Positions 18,456 through 25,661 of a stretch of 51,763 bases of DNA are shown in pieces. The stretch is from Acidobacteriota bacterium (GTDB taxonomy: Bacteria; Acidobacteriota; Terriglobia; Terriglobales; Acidobacteriaceae), in contig JAYTFO010000255.1 of the NCBI GenBank assembly GCA_043734305.1, forward strand, positions 1 through 51,763. The letters are read 5' to 3'. A program made the translations under genes and the position numbers. How positions within the stretch are numbered: the first letter of the stretch is position 1; each line of letters begins with the position of its first letter. The notes under the pieces were generated by a model. The model was not told where the DNA came from. It saw only the letters and a list, made by a program, of their open reading frames with translations, and searched no databases.

Positions 18456-19571
18456 TCAACTCCGCCATCGCAGCGTCACCGGCCCGCTCATCGGATGTTG
18501 AAATTCTCCGCCAGTCTTCTTCATCTCCAGCATTGCGTTCTTCAACCCGAAGTACCATTTCGCGGGGCGGTCGGCGTCGTCGATCAGCATCAGGTGCGGG
18601 TTGTGCTTCAAGCCTTCGGATTGCTCTTCCATCGTGCGGCGGTCTTGCTCGACGAATTTTGCGAAGACGAATTTCAGCAGCTCCGGCGCAAATGGTACCC
18701 AGCGAAAAGTATTCCATGCCGCCACTACGTCGATGCGGCAATGGTCGCGCGTGATCGGCGTGACGGTCGTCAGACTTGAGAACCAGTATTTGCCGACGCG
18801 AATAGTTTCCGAGCGCATGTTGGGCAGGACGAAGTCGATCGTCGTGTTGATGGAATCGGCGTCGGCGTAGAGGCGCAGGAGTTTGTAGGGCGCGCTGTTT
18901 GAACTGGGCGTGTGCGCGCTCATGCGGAAGCCGTAGGGGATAGGTTCAAAGTTCTTGTGTTTTTCGTGGATCGAACTTTGTGTACGCCACCACCAGGCTT
19001 GATGAACGAACGGGCCGTGAGCGGGATCCATCAGTCCGATGATGCCGTGATCAACGCTGCACGGCAGATCGGCGGTCAAATACGCGAGTTTGTAGTGCTC
19101 GCTGAATTTCGGAATCTCTGGGGCCGGGGTTGGTGCAGGCGCGGCTTTCGTGAAGCCTGCGCCCGCGGGAGAGGGATCGGGGATGAACACCCAGATAAAA
19201 TCATCGCGCTCTTCGCAAGGGAAACTTCCCGCGTAAATGCGATCGACTTTCAACTTCTGATCGGCGACCAGCGATGGAATTACTGTGCATTGACCGCTGT
19301 GCGCGTCGAATCGCCAGCCGTGATAAGAACACTCCACTTCTTCGCCGATGAGGTGGCCGCAGGAAAGCGGCATGCCGCGATGAGGGCAGGCGTCGCGGAG
19401 AGCAAATGCGCGTCCGGCGCGGTCGCGGCCGAGAGCGAGCGGCGTTTCGAGCAGCATCGCTTTTGTCAGTTTGCCGCGGCTTAGTTTGTTCGACGGCAAG
19501 GCGCGATACCAGAATCCGAAGAGCATGAGCGAGTCGGGGGTCTGGCGTTCGAGTTGAGAATCTTGCGGCAT
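18456..19571 (-). CDS. Rieske [2Fe-2S] oxygenase (PaO / ring-hydroxylating alpha-subunit-like)
   Basis: Rieske motif CPHRGMPLSCG...CSYHGWRF; ~230-aa C-terminal catalytic-type domain. Confidence 0.82.
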   Translation of the reverse strand: MPQDSQLERQTPDSLMLFGFWYRALPSNKLSRGKLTKAMLLETPLALGRDRAGRAFALRDACPHRGMPLSCGHLIGEEVECSYHGWRFDAHSGQCTVIPSLVADQKLKVDRIYAGSFPCEERDDFIWVFIPDPSPAGAGFTKAAPAPTPAPEIPKFSEHYKLAYLTADLPCSVDHGIIGLMDPAHGPFVHQAWWWRTQSSIHEKHKNFEPIPYGFRMSAHTPSSNSAPYKLLRLYADADSINTTIDFVLPNMRSETIRVGKYWFSSLTTVTPITRDHCRIDVVAAWNTFRWVPFAPELLKFVFAKFVEQDRRTMEEQSEGLKHNPHLMLIDDADRPAKWYFGLKNAMLEMKKTGGEFQHPMSGPVTLRWRS

Positions 19572-19620
19572 GCGACAAGGCAGGATATCGCACGCTGCCC
19601 AAAATCAAAACCTTCAAAGG

Positions 19621-19694
19621 CAGCTGTTAGCTCTTAGCTCTCAGCTGTTAGGAAAAAACTCGTCCGCGAGAGCTGACAGCCGAGAGCTGCGAGC
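19621..19694. repeat. Word-hairpin element, CAGCTGT/TAGCTCT family
   Basis: Left arm cagctgttagctcttagctctcagctgttagg; right arm cgagagctgacagccgagagctgcgagc. Ends 6 nt before the stop of the 19700-21352 gene. Confidence 0.8.
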
Positions 19695-19699
19695 TTGGT

Positions 19700-21352
19700 T
19701 TACCGCAGGCGAGAATTCAGGTTGGCGTAGGCAGCGCTGGCTGCGCCGGGTTCTTCCAGGTGATCGAGGAAAAGTTTGCGCAGCACGGCCGCGCCGATCT
19801 TTCCTTCGAGATAGGCGTCGTAGAGGTCGTTGCCCAGAAGGTACCCCAGTTGTCGGGTAACGTAATCGCGCTTGCGTCCGGTGAAGGCTAGGACTCGCGT
19901 CCAATCGGAGGACGCGGGCCGCTCGCGTTGGGCGCGGGCGGAATCGCGATGCCACGCCAGGAAATCAAGAATCTCAACCGCGTCCGGGTAGGGAAGGGAA
20001 GTTTGTTGCTCGAGATCTTCGCGGGTCAGATCGTAGAGCGCGTGCAGATCGGCATCGCGAAAAGCGGGGCGCGCTGGATACAGGATACGCGATCCGAAAC
20101 AGGCGAGGGCATGTTCCAGGGTCGCGGCGAAGAATGCGTCCTGGGGCGCGCGAGGCGCGGGGACTTTGCCATTGACGCGATCCGGCAGCCCGCGGCATGC
20201 GTGATGCAGGAATCTTGTGGCGTCCTCGGTGGCGGAGATCATCTGAAACTGGCGAATGTAAAACGCGTTCAGCGGCGCCAGGTAGGCGCTTCCGCGTTCG
20301 TGAACTCGCTGCAACATCGTGCGGCGCTGCGTCGGTGAAAATCCTTTGCGAGACAGAAGGCGGCGCAAAAGCGCGTCGGAGTTGCGGGAATAAACTTCCG
20401 GCATCAGATCCACGAGTTGACGCGGCTGCGTTGTGTTGTGGGGCGAGTACAGATTGAGGCCGAGAAAGCGCACCAGGCCATCAATCAAGTTGTAAACGGT
20501 GGGGCCAAGATCGATTGCCCCCTGTTCGTTGCGTCCCCAGCGGTTGAGATAGAGGCGGTAGTTCTCGTATTTTTCGAGCGGCGTCGCATTGAAGACGCAG
20601 ACCACGTCATCGGCAACGCGGACCGCTTGCACGTGATCCGATGGTTCGCCGGCCGCCCGCCAATACAGGGCGTCGACGTTTTGCAGCGCCGTGAGCACAC
20701 GCGCTTTGGGCAATCGTTCGCGGATTTGCGCAGGCAGATGCCGGGGCGCGAGATGCGATTCTCCGAAGAGTACAAGCAAGAGAGCGTCGGGATGGCGTCC
20801 GCGAATTTCCGCGATCTTGTCGGCGGCGTGCCGATCGCGTGCGCCGATTTTGCGCAAGTCATCGCGGGGCATGCAGTCCAGGCCGTATAGCCCAACGGCA
20901 TGATCGCGGGCGGCCGAGAGCAATTCGTAAAACGGAGCCCAGTCGTATCCCCAATCAAGGTCAAAGCGAATGCGCTGGCGAAGTTCCGCTTCGTCAATCT
21001 CGCCGCGCCACCACTCATCGACAATATGCTGGTCGCGCGAAAAGATTGTCTCCACGCCGAGAACCACGGTGCGTTGGTGCACCTCCGGATCGCGGATCAG
21101 CGAAGCCAGGTAACGCTGCGAACTCGGCAGCGCATGGTAGTCGGCGACGAGCACGATCTCGGAATTGACGATCTTGTCGCGAACCTGCTCAGGAGTGAGA
21201 ATCGTTTCGTAGGAACGGTAGGCGTCGCGAAAGTCGCGGAGATATTTGCGACCGCCGGCGTGGTCGTAGCTGCGGATGTCGCGCTCCACGCCCACCAGGG
21301 CGTGAAGCTGCGCCGCGCTGCGCCGTGATCGTAAGATGCCGTGCGTTGCCAT
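19700..21352 (-). CDS. Hypothetical protein with an N-terminal ChaN/Tiki-like domain (GESH motif) and an uncharacterised C-terminal half
   Basis: 550 aa. The segment IVLVADYHALPSSQRYL...LLLVLFGESHLAPRHL resembles the ChaN/Tiki/erythromycin-esterase superfamily. The C-terminal ~270 aa carry no recognisable motif. Confidence 0.45.
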   Translation of the reverse strand: MATHGILRSRRSAAQLHALVGVERDIRSYDHAGGRKYLRDFRDAYRSYETILTPEQVRDKIVNSEIVLVADYHALPSSQRYLASLIRDPEVHQRTVVLGVETIFSRDQHIVDEWWRGEIDEAELRQRIRFDLDWGYDWAPFYELLSAARDHAVGLYGLDCMPRDDLRKIGARDRHAADKIAEIRGRHPDALLLVLFGESHLAPRHLPAQIRERLPKARVLTALQNVDALYWRAAGEPSDHVQAVRVADDVVCVFNATPLEKYENYRLYLNRWGRNEQGAIDLGPTVYNLIDGLVRFLGLNLYSPHNTTQPRQLVDLMPEVYSRNSDALLRRLLSRKGFSPTQRRTMLQRVHERGSAYLAPLNAFYIRQFQMISATEDATRFLHHACRGLPDRVNGKVPAPRAPQDAFFAATLEHALACFGSRILYPARPAFRDADLHALYDLTREDLEQQTSLPYPDAVEILDFLAWHRDSARAQRERPASSDWTRVLAFTGRKRDYVTRQLGYLLGNDLYDAYLEGKIGAAVLRKLFLDHLEEPGAASAAYANLNSRLR

Positions 21353-21364
21353 GTCTTGTGAAGA

Positions 21365-21450
21365 ATTGTTGATTTTTGATTGTTGATTTGAAGATCAGCG
21401 TTTCTGCCAAATCCCGAAAATCAACAATCAAAAATCAATAAATCAACAAT
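21365..21450. repeat. Word-hairpin element, ATTGTTG/ATTTTTG family
   Basis: Left arm attgttgatttttgattgttgattt; right arm aaaatcaacaatcaaaaatcaataaatcaacaat. Lies between divergent genes. Confidence 0.85.
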
Positions 21451-21542
21451 CGCCACGCTGCCGTTTCCTTGACTTGCCTCTTGCCGCTCCCTATCCTCAA
21501 CGTTTCGCGGCAATCATCAACTTGCCGCGCCGGAGCCTTTCT

Positions 21543-22145
21543 TTGCCGATCCAACCGCCGGAAAACCTGACCGTCGCCACCACCGGCGCCAGCGGATCGT
21601 TATTTCTCAAACACCTGCTGCTCACCGTCGAGCGCGACGACCGCGTCAAGACCGTAAACTTCATCGCTTCCGACAGCGCCTTGCGCGTCATGGCCGAGGA
21701 GCTTGCCATCGAAGGCCGTGCTGATCTCCTACGTCAAATCATCGGCATGCCGTCGCAAAAGATTCGCCAGCAAACCAACGCCGATATCGGCGCGAACGTG
21801 GCCAGCGGGTCGTATCCTTCCGACGCGATGGTCGTAATCCCGTGCAGCGTCGGCACTCTCGGACGCATCGCCCACGGCATCGCCTCTCACCTGATCGAAC
21901 GCGCTGCCGATGTGTGCCTTAAAGAGCGGCGTCCGCTGGTGCTGTGCATGCGCGAAACGCCGCTGAATAAGATTCACATCCGCAACATGTCGCTCGCCGC
22001 CGACGCCGGGGCCACGATCTTTCCGCTCATCCCCACCTTTTACAACCGTCCGCCCAACCTCGAAGCGATGGCCCAGGAATTCGCCAACCGCGTGCTAGGC
22101 CACATCGGACTGGTACAGCCGGATGCTTATCGTTGGAAGGGATAG
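21543..22145 (+). CDS. ubiX: UbiX-family flavin prenyltransferase
   Basis: TGASGS P-loop-like N-terminus; VVIPCSVGTLGRIAHG and PLVLCMRETPL blocks. Start chosen at TTG 21543 (SD GGAG 7 nt upstream); the track ORF begins at TTG 21474. Confidence 0.85.
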   Translation: MPIQPPENLTVATTGASGSLFLKHLLLTVERDDRVKTVNFIASDSALRVMAEELAIEGRADLLRQIIGMPSQKIRQQTNADIGANVASGSYPSDAMVVIPCSVGTLGRIAHGIASHLIERAADVCLKERRPLVLCMRETPLNKIHIRNMSLAADAGATIFPLIPTFYNRPPNLEAMAQEFANRVLGHIGLVQPDAYRWKG

Positions 22146-22149
22146 TGGA

Positions 22150-22219
22150 GTTCTCAGTTCTCAGTTCCCAGTTCTCAGAAAAGCCTGAGGTTAGGCACTG
22201 AGAACTGGGAACTGAGAAC
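22150..22219. repeat. Word-hairpin element, CTGAGAA family
   Basis: gttctcagttctcagttcccagttctcag ... ctgagaactgggaactgagaac. Starts 5 nt after the ubiX stop and is followed by ttcttt. Confidence 0.9.
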
Positions 22220-22341
22220 TTCTTTAAAGATCTGTGACTTAGGGGAAAGTCGTCCCACTTTTGCAGGATGATTCAGTCTAGAGACGGTAGGGTGACGAAG
22301 GTAGATGCCCGCCGGGCATGTACAGGCGGTGCGGACCAGTC

Positions 22342-22360
22342 TTCCTGAGACCCAAGACCT
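22342..22360 (+). repeat. Left copy of the 19-bp perfect direct repeat TTCCTGAGACCCAAGACCT (heptamer-periodic arm)
   Basis: Identical 19-mer at 22889-22907. The context CCTGAGA CCCAAGA CCTGTGA CCCGATT has 7-nt periodicity. Confidence 0.85.
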
Positions 22361-22407
22361 GTGACCCGATTCTCTGTTGCTCTTTTCGGAACCCCACTCT
22401 TGTGCTG

Positions 22408-22437
22408 TTGACTCGCGCCAGCGTTTTTTCGTACTCT
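22408..22437 (+). promoter_or_regulatory. Candidate sigma-70 promoter of the orphan transcription unit
   Basis: TTGACT (22408-22413), 18-nt spacer, TACTCT (22432-22437; fits TAnnnT). Confidence 0.35.
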
Positions 22438-22465
22438 GCGATTACACCGGAAAGGAGGTGCTCGG

Positions 22466-22522
22466 ATGCAAAGTTCAGATTCACATAGTTGTTCCAGACC
22501 AGGTGAGGTGGCTGAGACTTAG
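22466..22522 (+). CDS. 18-codon small ORF (MQSSDSHSCSRPGEVAET) with a strong SD
   Basis: AAGGAGGTG at 22452-22460, 5 nt before the ATG at 22466. No homology can be assessed. Confidence 0.25.
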   Translation: MQSSDSHSCSRPGEVAET

Positions 22523-22703
22523 AGCGGTTGCTCTAATTCCATGGGGAGTTCCTGTAGACCCTTTGGTCGGGGAAAGCAGGGACATCTCTCGCAACAATCC
22601 GTGAGTATGGGCTGATCCACCCGTCACACGCTGTGCCGGGTACCGGAATGAGCGGGGGGCCACGAGAGTGACCGCCTCAGTCAATCCCAACCAGTCCACC
22701 GGA

Positions 22704-22740
22704 CAGCCCGCAGGCTGCAAAGCTTGCGGGCTGTTCTTTT
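22704..22740 (+). terminator. Rho-independent terminator
   Basis: CAGCCCGCA (22704-22712) pairs perfectly with TGCGGGCTG (22724-22732); 11-nt loop; followed by TTCTTTTT. Confidence 0.75.
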
Positions 22741-22745
22741 TGTAT

Positions 22746-22811
22746 TCACACGTCCTTAATGTTCACATCCAAAATGTTCACAGATCACAGGCGATCGTTG
22801 CGCAGATCACA
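22746..22811 (+). promoter_or_regulatory. Five same-orientation TCACA motifs, including two AATGTTCACA and two CAGATCACA copies
   Basis: TCACA at 22746, 22763, 22778, 22785 and 22807. Located 115-180 nt upstream of the fpr ATG. Confidence 0.3.
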
Positions 22812-22888
22812 ACAAAAGCCAGCGCGATTCGTGTATGTTTTATTGGCCAGGGCAGTTCGAACCCTTTTACTATTGGAAGGGTTTGGAT

Positions 22889-22907
22889 TTCCTGAGACCC
22901 AAGACCT
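22889..22907 (+). repeat. Right copy of the 19-bp direct repeat TTCCTGAGACCCAAGACCT
   Basis: The context CCTGAGA CCCAAGA CCTAACA CCTGAGA TCTGACT is heptamer periodic. Ends 19 nt before the fpr ATG. Confidence 0.85.
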
Positions 22908-22925
22908 AACACCTGAGATCTGACT

Positions 22926-23702
22926 ATGGACGACAAGCATTACCATGCACGCATCACGACACGCAAAGAGTTTGCCGACGATCTGTGGATGATCCGGGTT
23001 GATCCGGGGGCGGAATTTCCGTTTACCCCCGGACAATACGCAACCCTCGGAGTAGAGGGCGTCGACAAAGAGGGCCGGCGCCTGGAGCGCGCGTATTCGA
23101 TCGTGTCGTCTCCCTACGAAAAAGAGGTTGAATTCTTTTTTGAACTGGTGCCGCAAGGGGCGCTCACTCCGCGGCTCTACAAACTTCAGGTCGGCGACGA
23201 AGTCCTGATGCGCAAAGTTCCCAAGGGACGCTTCACCCTGGAAACTACCCATCCCGGCCACACCAAACACCTGTTGGTCAGCACCGTCACCGGGGCAGCG
23301 CCTTTTGTAAGTTATGTCCGCAGCATGTTCAAGGACTGGAAAGAGGGCAAGTTTGCCGGCGATCACCAGTTATTTATCCTGAACGGCGCCAGCCGGCCCT
23401 GGGAATTTGGCTATCGCGAAGAATTGGAGAATTTTGCGAAGCAAGCGCCCTGGCTTACCTACGTGCCGACCGTGAGCCGTCCGTGGGAAGATCCAACCTG
23501 GAAAGGCGAAACCGGCCGCGTCGACGATGTTCTCCGCAAGTACGCCGACCAGTGGGGATGCACCGCACAAAACAGCATTGCCTACCTGTGCGGCCATCCG
23601 GACATGATCGAGAACGGCAAAGGCATGCTCAAACGCATCGGCTTCGAGAAAGAGAGCATGAAAGAAGAGGTCTATTGGATTCCGCCGAAGCCCGGCGCGT
23701 AA
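22926..23702 (+). CDS. fpr: Ferredoxin--NADP(+) reductase (plant-type FNR / Fpr family)
   Basis: FAD-binding RAYSIVSSP motif; NAD(P)-binding GTGAAPF-like segment (STVTGAAPF); C-terminal ...EVYW. Confidence 0.85.
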   Translation: MDDKHYHARITTRKEFADDLWMIRVDPGAEFPFTPGQYATLGVEGVDKEGRRLERAYSIVSSPYEKEVEFFFELVPQGALTPRLYKLQVGDEVLMRKVPKGRFTLETTHPGHTKHLLVSTVTGAAPFVSYVRSMFKDWKEGKFAGDHQLFILNGASRPWEFGYREELENFAKQAPWLTYVPTVSRPWEDPTWKGETGRVDDVLRKYADQWGCTAQNSIAYLCGHPDMIENGKGMLKRIGFEKESMKEEVYWIPPKPGA

Positions 23703-23751
23703 GAGTTTCGTTGAGCGAACGATAGTCCCGGATTCTTCAATTCAACAAATG

Positions 23752-23826
23752 CTGTCATCCCAAGCGAAGCGAGGGATATGCATTCGTCAGCGGACTGCAG
23801 ATCCCTCGCTCCGCTCGGGATGACAG
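23752..23826. repeat. Palindromic repeat of the GTCATCCCGAGCGAAGCGAGGGAT type
   Basis: Arms ctgtcatcccaagcgaagcgagggat and atccctcgctccgctcgggatgacag. Recognised from memory as a repeat widespread in soil-bacterial genomes. Confidence 0.8.
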
Positions 23827-23882
23827 TTTCCAGGGTGTTGGTGCTAGCGCTGGAGTGATTTTCACCATGGGCCGCTAGGCTG

Positions 23883-24218
23883 TTACTCCTGCTCTGCCGG
23901 CGCGAAGAACACCAGGACTTCCAACTCTTCTTCAACGTCGTAAAACCTGTGCTCTGCTTCCGCTTCCACAAAAATCACAAAACCCGCCTTCACTTCGCCA
24001 TGCTCGCTTCCGATCTGCATACGCGCGCGGCCCCGGACTACGTAATACATTTCGTCTTCACGATGAGGCTTTTGCGGATCGCTGCCGCCCTTCGGCAGCA
24101 CGTAGACGCCCGCACTCATCGCCGGAACGCGTAGAAATTCCAGATAGAGTTTGGATTTCGCGGCGCGTTGCCGGTTGATGTCGTCGAGACGAAAGAAACG
24201 GTTCATTTCGGACTCCAA
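23883..24218 (-). CDS. Cupin domain protein
   Basis: 111 aa; cupin_2-like pattern (GVYVLPKGG...HREDEMYYVVRGRARM...GFVIFVEAEAEHRF). Confidence 0.72.
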   Translation of the reverse strand: MESEMNRFFRLDDINRQRAAKSKLYLEFLRVPAMSAGVYVLPKGGSDPQKPHREDEMYYVVRGRARMQIGSEHGEVKAGFVIFVEAEAEHRFYDVEEELEVLVFFAPAEQE

Positions 24219-24343
24219 TTGCAGTGTTAAGCGGAAAAGGTCGATTTGTATCAGGGCATCGATTTAGCGGCTGCCGCACTGGTCTGTGCTGAGGGCCCCC
24301 CTTCAGGGACTGGCAAGCCGTCGTCGCTACGAATGTTTGATTA

Positions 24344-24371
24344 CTGAGAACTGAGAACCGGGACCTGAGAA
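24344..24371. repeat. Solo arm of the CTGAGAA word family
   Basis: ctgagaactgagaaccgggacctgagaa with no partner ttctcag arm nearby. Lies 6 nt after the TetR stop. Confidence 0.7.
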
Positions 24372-24376
24372 TTGCT

Positions 24377-24961
24377 TCACACCGCTCCGCGAAAAAATAT
24401 GTCCGTATACTGACGCACGATCGCGTCCCCCGTGAGCGGGCCGTCGGGTTTGTACCACTGGTAAATCCAATTGATCATCCCCAACAGGGCGAAAGCCGCG
24501 GCACGGGGCATGACCTGGGAAGTCGAGTTGCGCTGCCGCTGCACGTCCGCAATCAGGTTCTCGACGAAGTGTACGTAGTCTTTCTTGCGCGCATTGATCT
24601 TGCGCCGAAAGGCCGCCGGCAGCGGATGATTCTCATGCAGCATGACCGTAATCTCACGATCTTCCTCGCTGAGCACCACTTCAATATGCAGCCGGATCAG
24701 CGTCCGCAACCGTTCTTCCGCGCCCTCGACCCGCCGCGCCGCATTGATGACCCGCTCCTCCGTGATGTCCATCGCATGCGACATGATGTGGAACAGGATC
24801 TCGTCTTTCGACTGAAAATGGTGGTAGAGTCCACCCTTCGACAGCTTCAGAGCAGCCGCCACATCGTTCATGGACGTGGCATCGTAGCCCTGCTGCTGAA
24901 ACAGCCGGCCGGCAGCGCGCATAATTTCCTGTCGAGGTTCCATGATGGCTTCGCGGTGCAT
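24377..24961 (-). CDS. TetR/AcrR family transcriptional regulator
   Basis: N-terminal HTH (AAGRLFQQQGYDATSMNDVAAALKLSKGGLYHHFQSKDEILF). Start ambiguous: ATG at 24961 or 24943; the track gives TTG 24967. Confidence 0.86.
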   Translation of the reverse strand: MHREAIMEPRQEIMRAAGRLFQQQGYDATSMNDVAAALKLSKGGLYHHFQSKDEILFHIMSHAMDITEERVINAARRVEGAEERLRTLIRLHIEVVLSEEDREITVMLHENHPLPAAFRRKINARKKDYVHFVENLIADVQRQRNSTSQVMPRAAAFALLGMINWIYQWYKPDGPLTGDAIVRQYTDIFFRGAV

Positions 24962-25014
24962 TACCAAGATGGTATCGCGGAATGGGCGCGGGTGTCAGTA
25001 GCCCTAGCTGCTTC

Positions 25015-25043
25015 TTGACATGCGTTGCGTTACGCATTACGCT
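25015..25043 (+). promoter_or_regulatory. Candidate higBA promoter with an inverted-repeat operator
   Basis: TTGACA (25015-25020), 17 nt, TACGCT (25038-25043). ATGCGT (25020-25025) and ACGCAT (25032-25037) form an inverted repeat within the spacer. Confidence 0.4.
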
Positions 25044-25059
25044 ACACTCACGGTACAGG

Positions 25060-25338
25060 ATGATCCTGTCGATTCGCCACAAGGGCTTGAAGCGTTTTTA
25101 TGAAGACGGCGATTCTCGTGGTGTGATCGGCGAGCATGTGGCAAAGTTGGGTGACATTCTCTCGCGCCTGGATGCAGCCGCTGCCATCGGCGACTTGGAA
25201 GTGCCCGGTTTCCGCCTGCATCCGCTCAAAGGCAACCGTAGAGTTTTTTGGGCTGTGACAGTTCGCGCTAACTGGCGCGTGGTTTTCCGTTTCGTTGAGC
25301 GGGACGTACTGGACGTTGACTATATCGACTATCACTGA
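25060..25338 (+). CDS. higB: HigB-type toxin (plasmid maintenance system killer family)
   Basis: [18 protein letters not shown]...[29 protein letters not shown] matches the HigB/killer-protein pattern. Start moved to ATG 25060. Confidence 0.85.
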   Translation: MILSIRHKGLKRFYEDGDSRGVIGEHVAKLGDILSRLDAAAAIGDLEVPGFRLHPLKGNRRVFWAVTVRANWRVVFRFVERDVLDVDYIDYH

Positions 25339-25349
25339 GAGAGGTAGCC

Positions 25350-25631
25350 ATGCCGATGAAAAATCCACCGCACCCCGGCGGATTTGTGTTGCGCCAATGT
25401 ATCGAGCCATTGGGTCTGACGATCACAGAAGCCGCTGCGGCTCTCGGCGTGACGCGCACCACGCTGTCGGAGCTGGTCAACGAGAGGCGCGGTATCTCCC
25501 CTGAAATGGCAGTCCGGCTGTCCAAGGTTTTTGGAGGCAACGCCGCGACCTGGCTTACCCAGCAAGCTCACTACGATCTGGCACAAGTCCAAGCCGACCG
25601 AATCAAACTGAAACGGCTGGAATTCGCGTAG
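25350..25631 (+). CDS. higA: HigA-type antitoxin (XRE HTH)
   Basis: [55 protein letters not shown] is the canonical HigA pattern. Toxin-first gene order. Confidence 0.88.
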   Translation: MPMKNPPHPGGFVLRQCIEPLGLTITEAAAALGVTRTTLSELVNERRGISPEMAVRLSKVFGGNAATWLTQQAHYDLAQVQADRIKLKRLEFA

Positions 25632-25661
25632 AGCAAACCCCTGCCCGGCGAAGCGAGGGCC

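Larger units (their letters stand above)
22444..22740 (+). ncRNA. Candidate ~300-nt independent transcript (sRNA and/or small-protein mRNA) of unknown class
   Basis: Bounded by the promoter-like element and a perfect intrinsic terminator. No ORF of 60 aa or more with plausible composition. Contains several local hairpins, e.g. a cac-GAGA-gtg GNRA loop at about 22660. Confidence 0.3.

Noticed and set aside
22440-22740. Tried to assign the orphan transcript to tmRNA, RNase P RNA, SRP RNA, 6S RNA or a cobalamin riboswitch
   Set aside because: The conserved boxes are absent: no GGAAAGTCCGG-type RNase P CR-I, no CCGGAAGG SRP tetraloop helix, no tRNA-like ...TCCACCA 3' end, and no B12 box. Partial similarity to the 3' half of 4.5S RNA (GTGCCGGG...) is not accompanied by the 5' half.
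22845-22885. GTTCGAACCC looked like a tRNA T-arm (a possible tRNA fragment or integration target)
   Set aside because: The stem and loop lengths do not fit a T-arm (9-nt loop), and there is no acceptor stem or anticodon arm. More simply, it is part of an AACCCTT...AAGGGTT hairpin.
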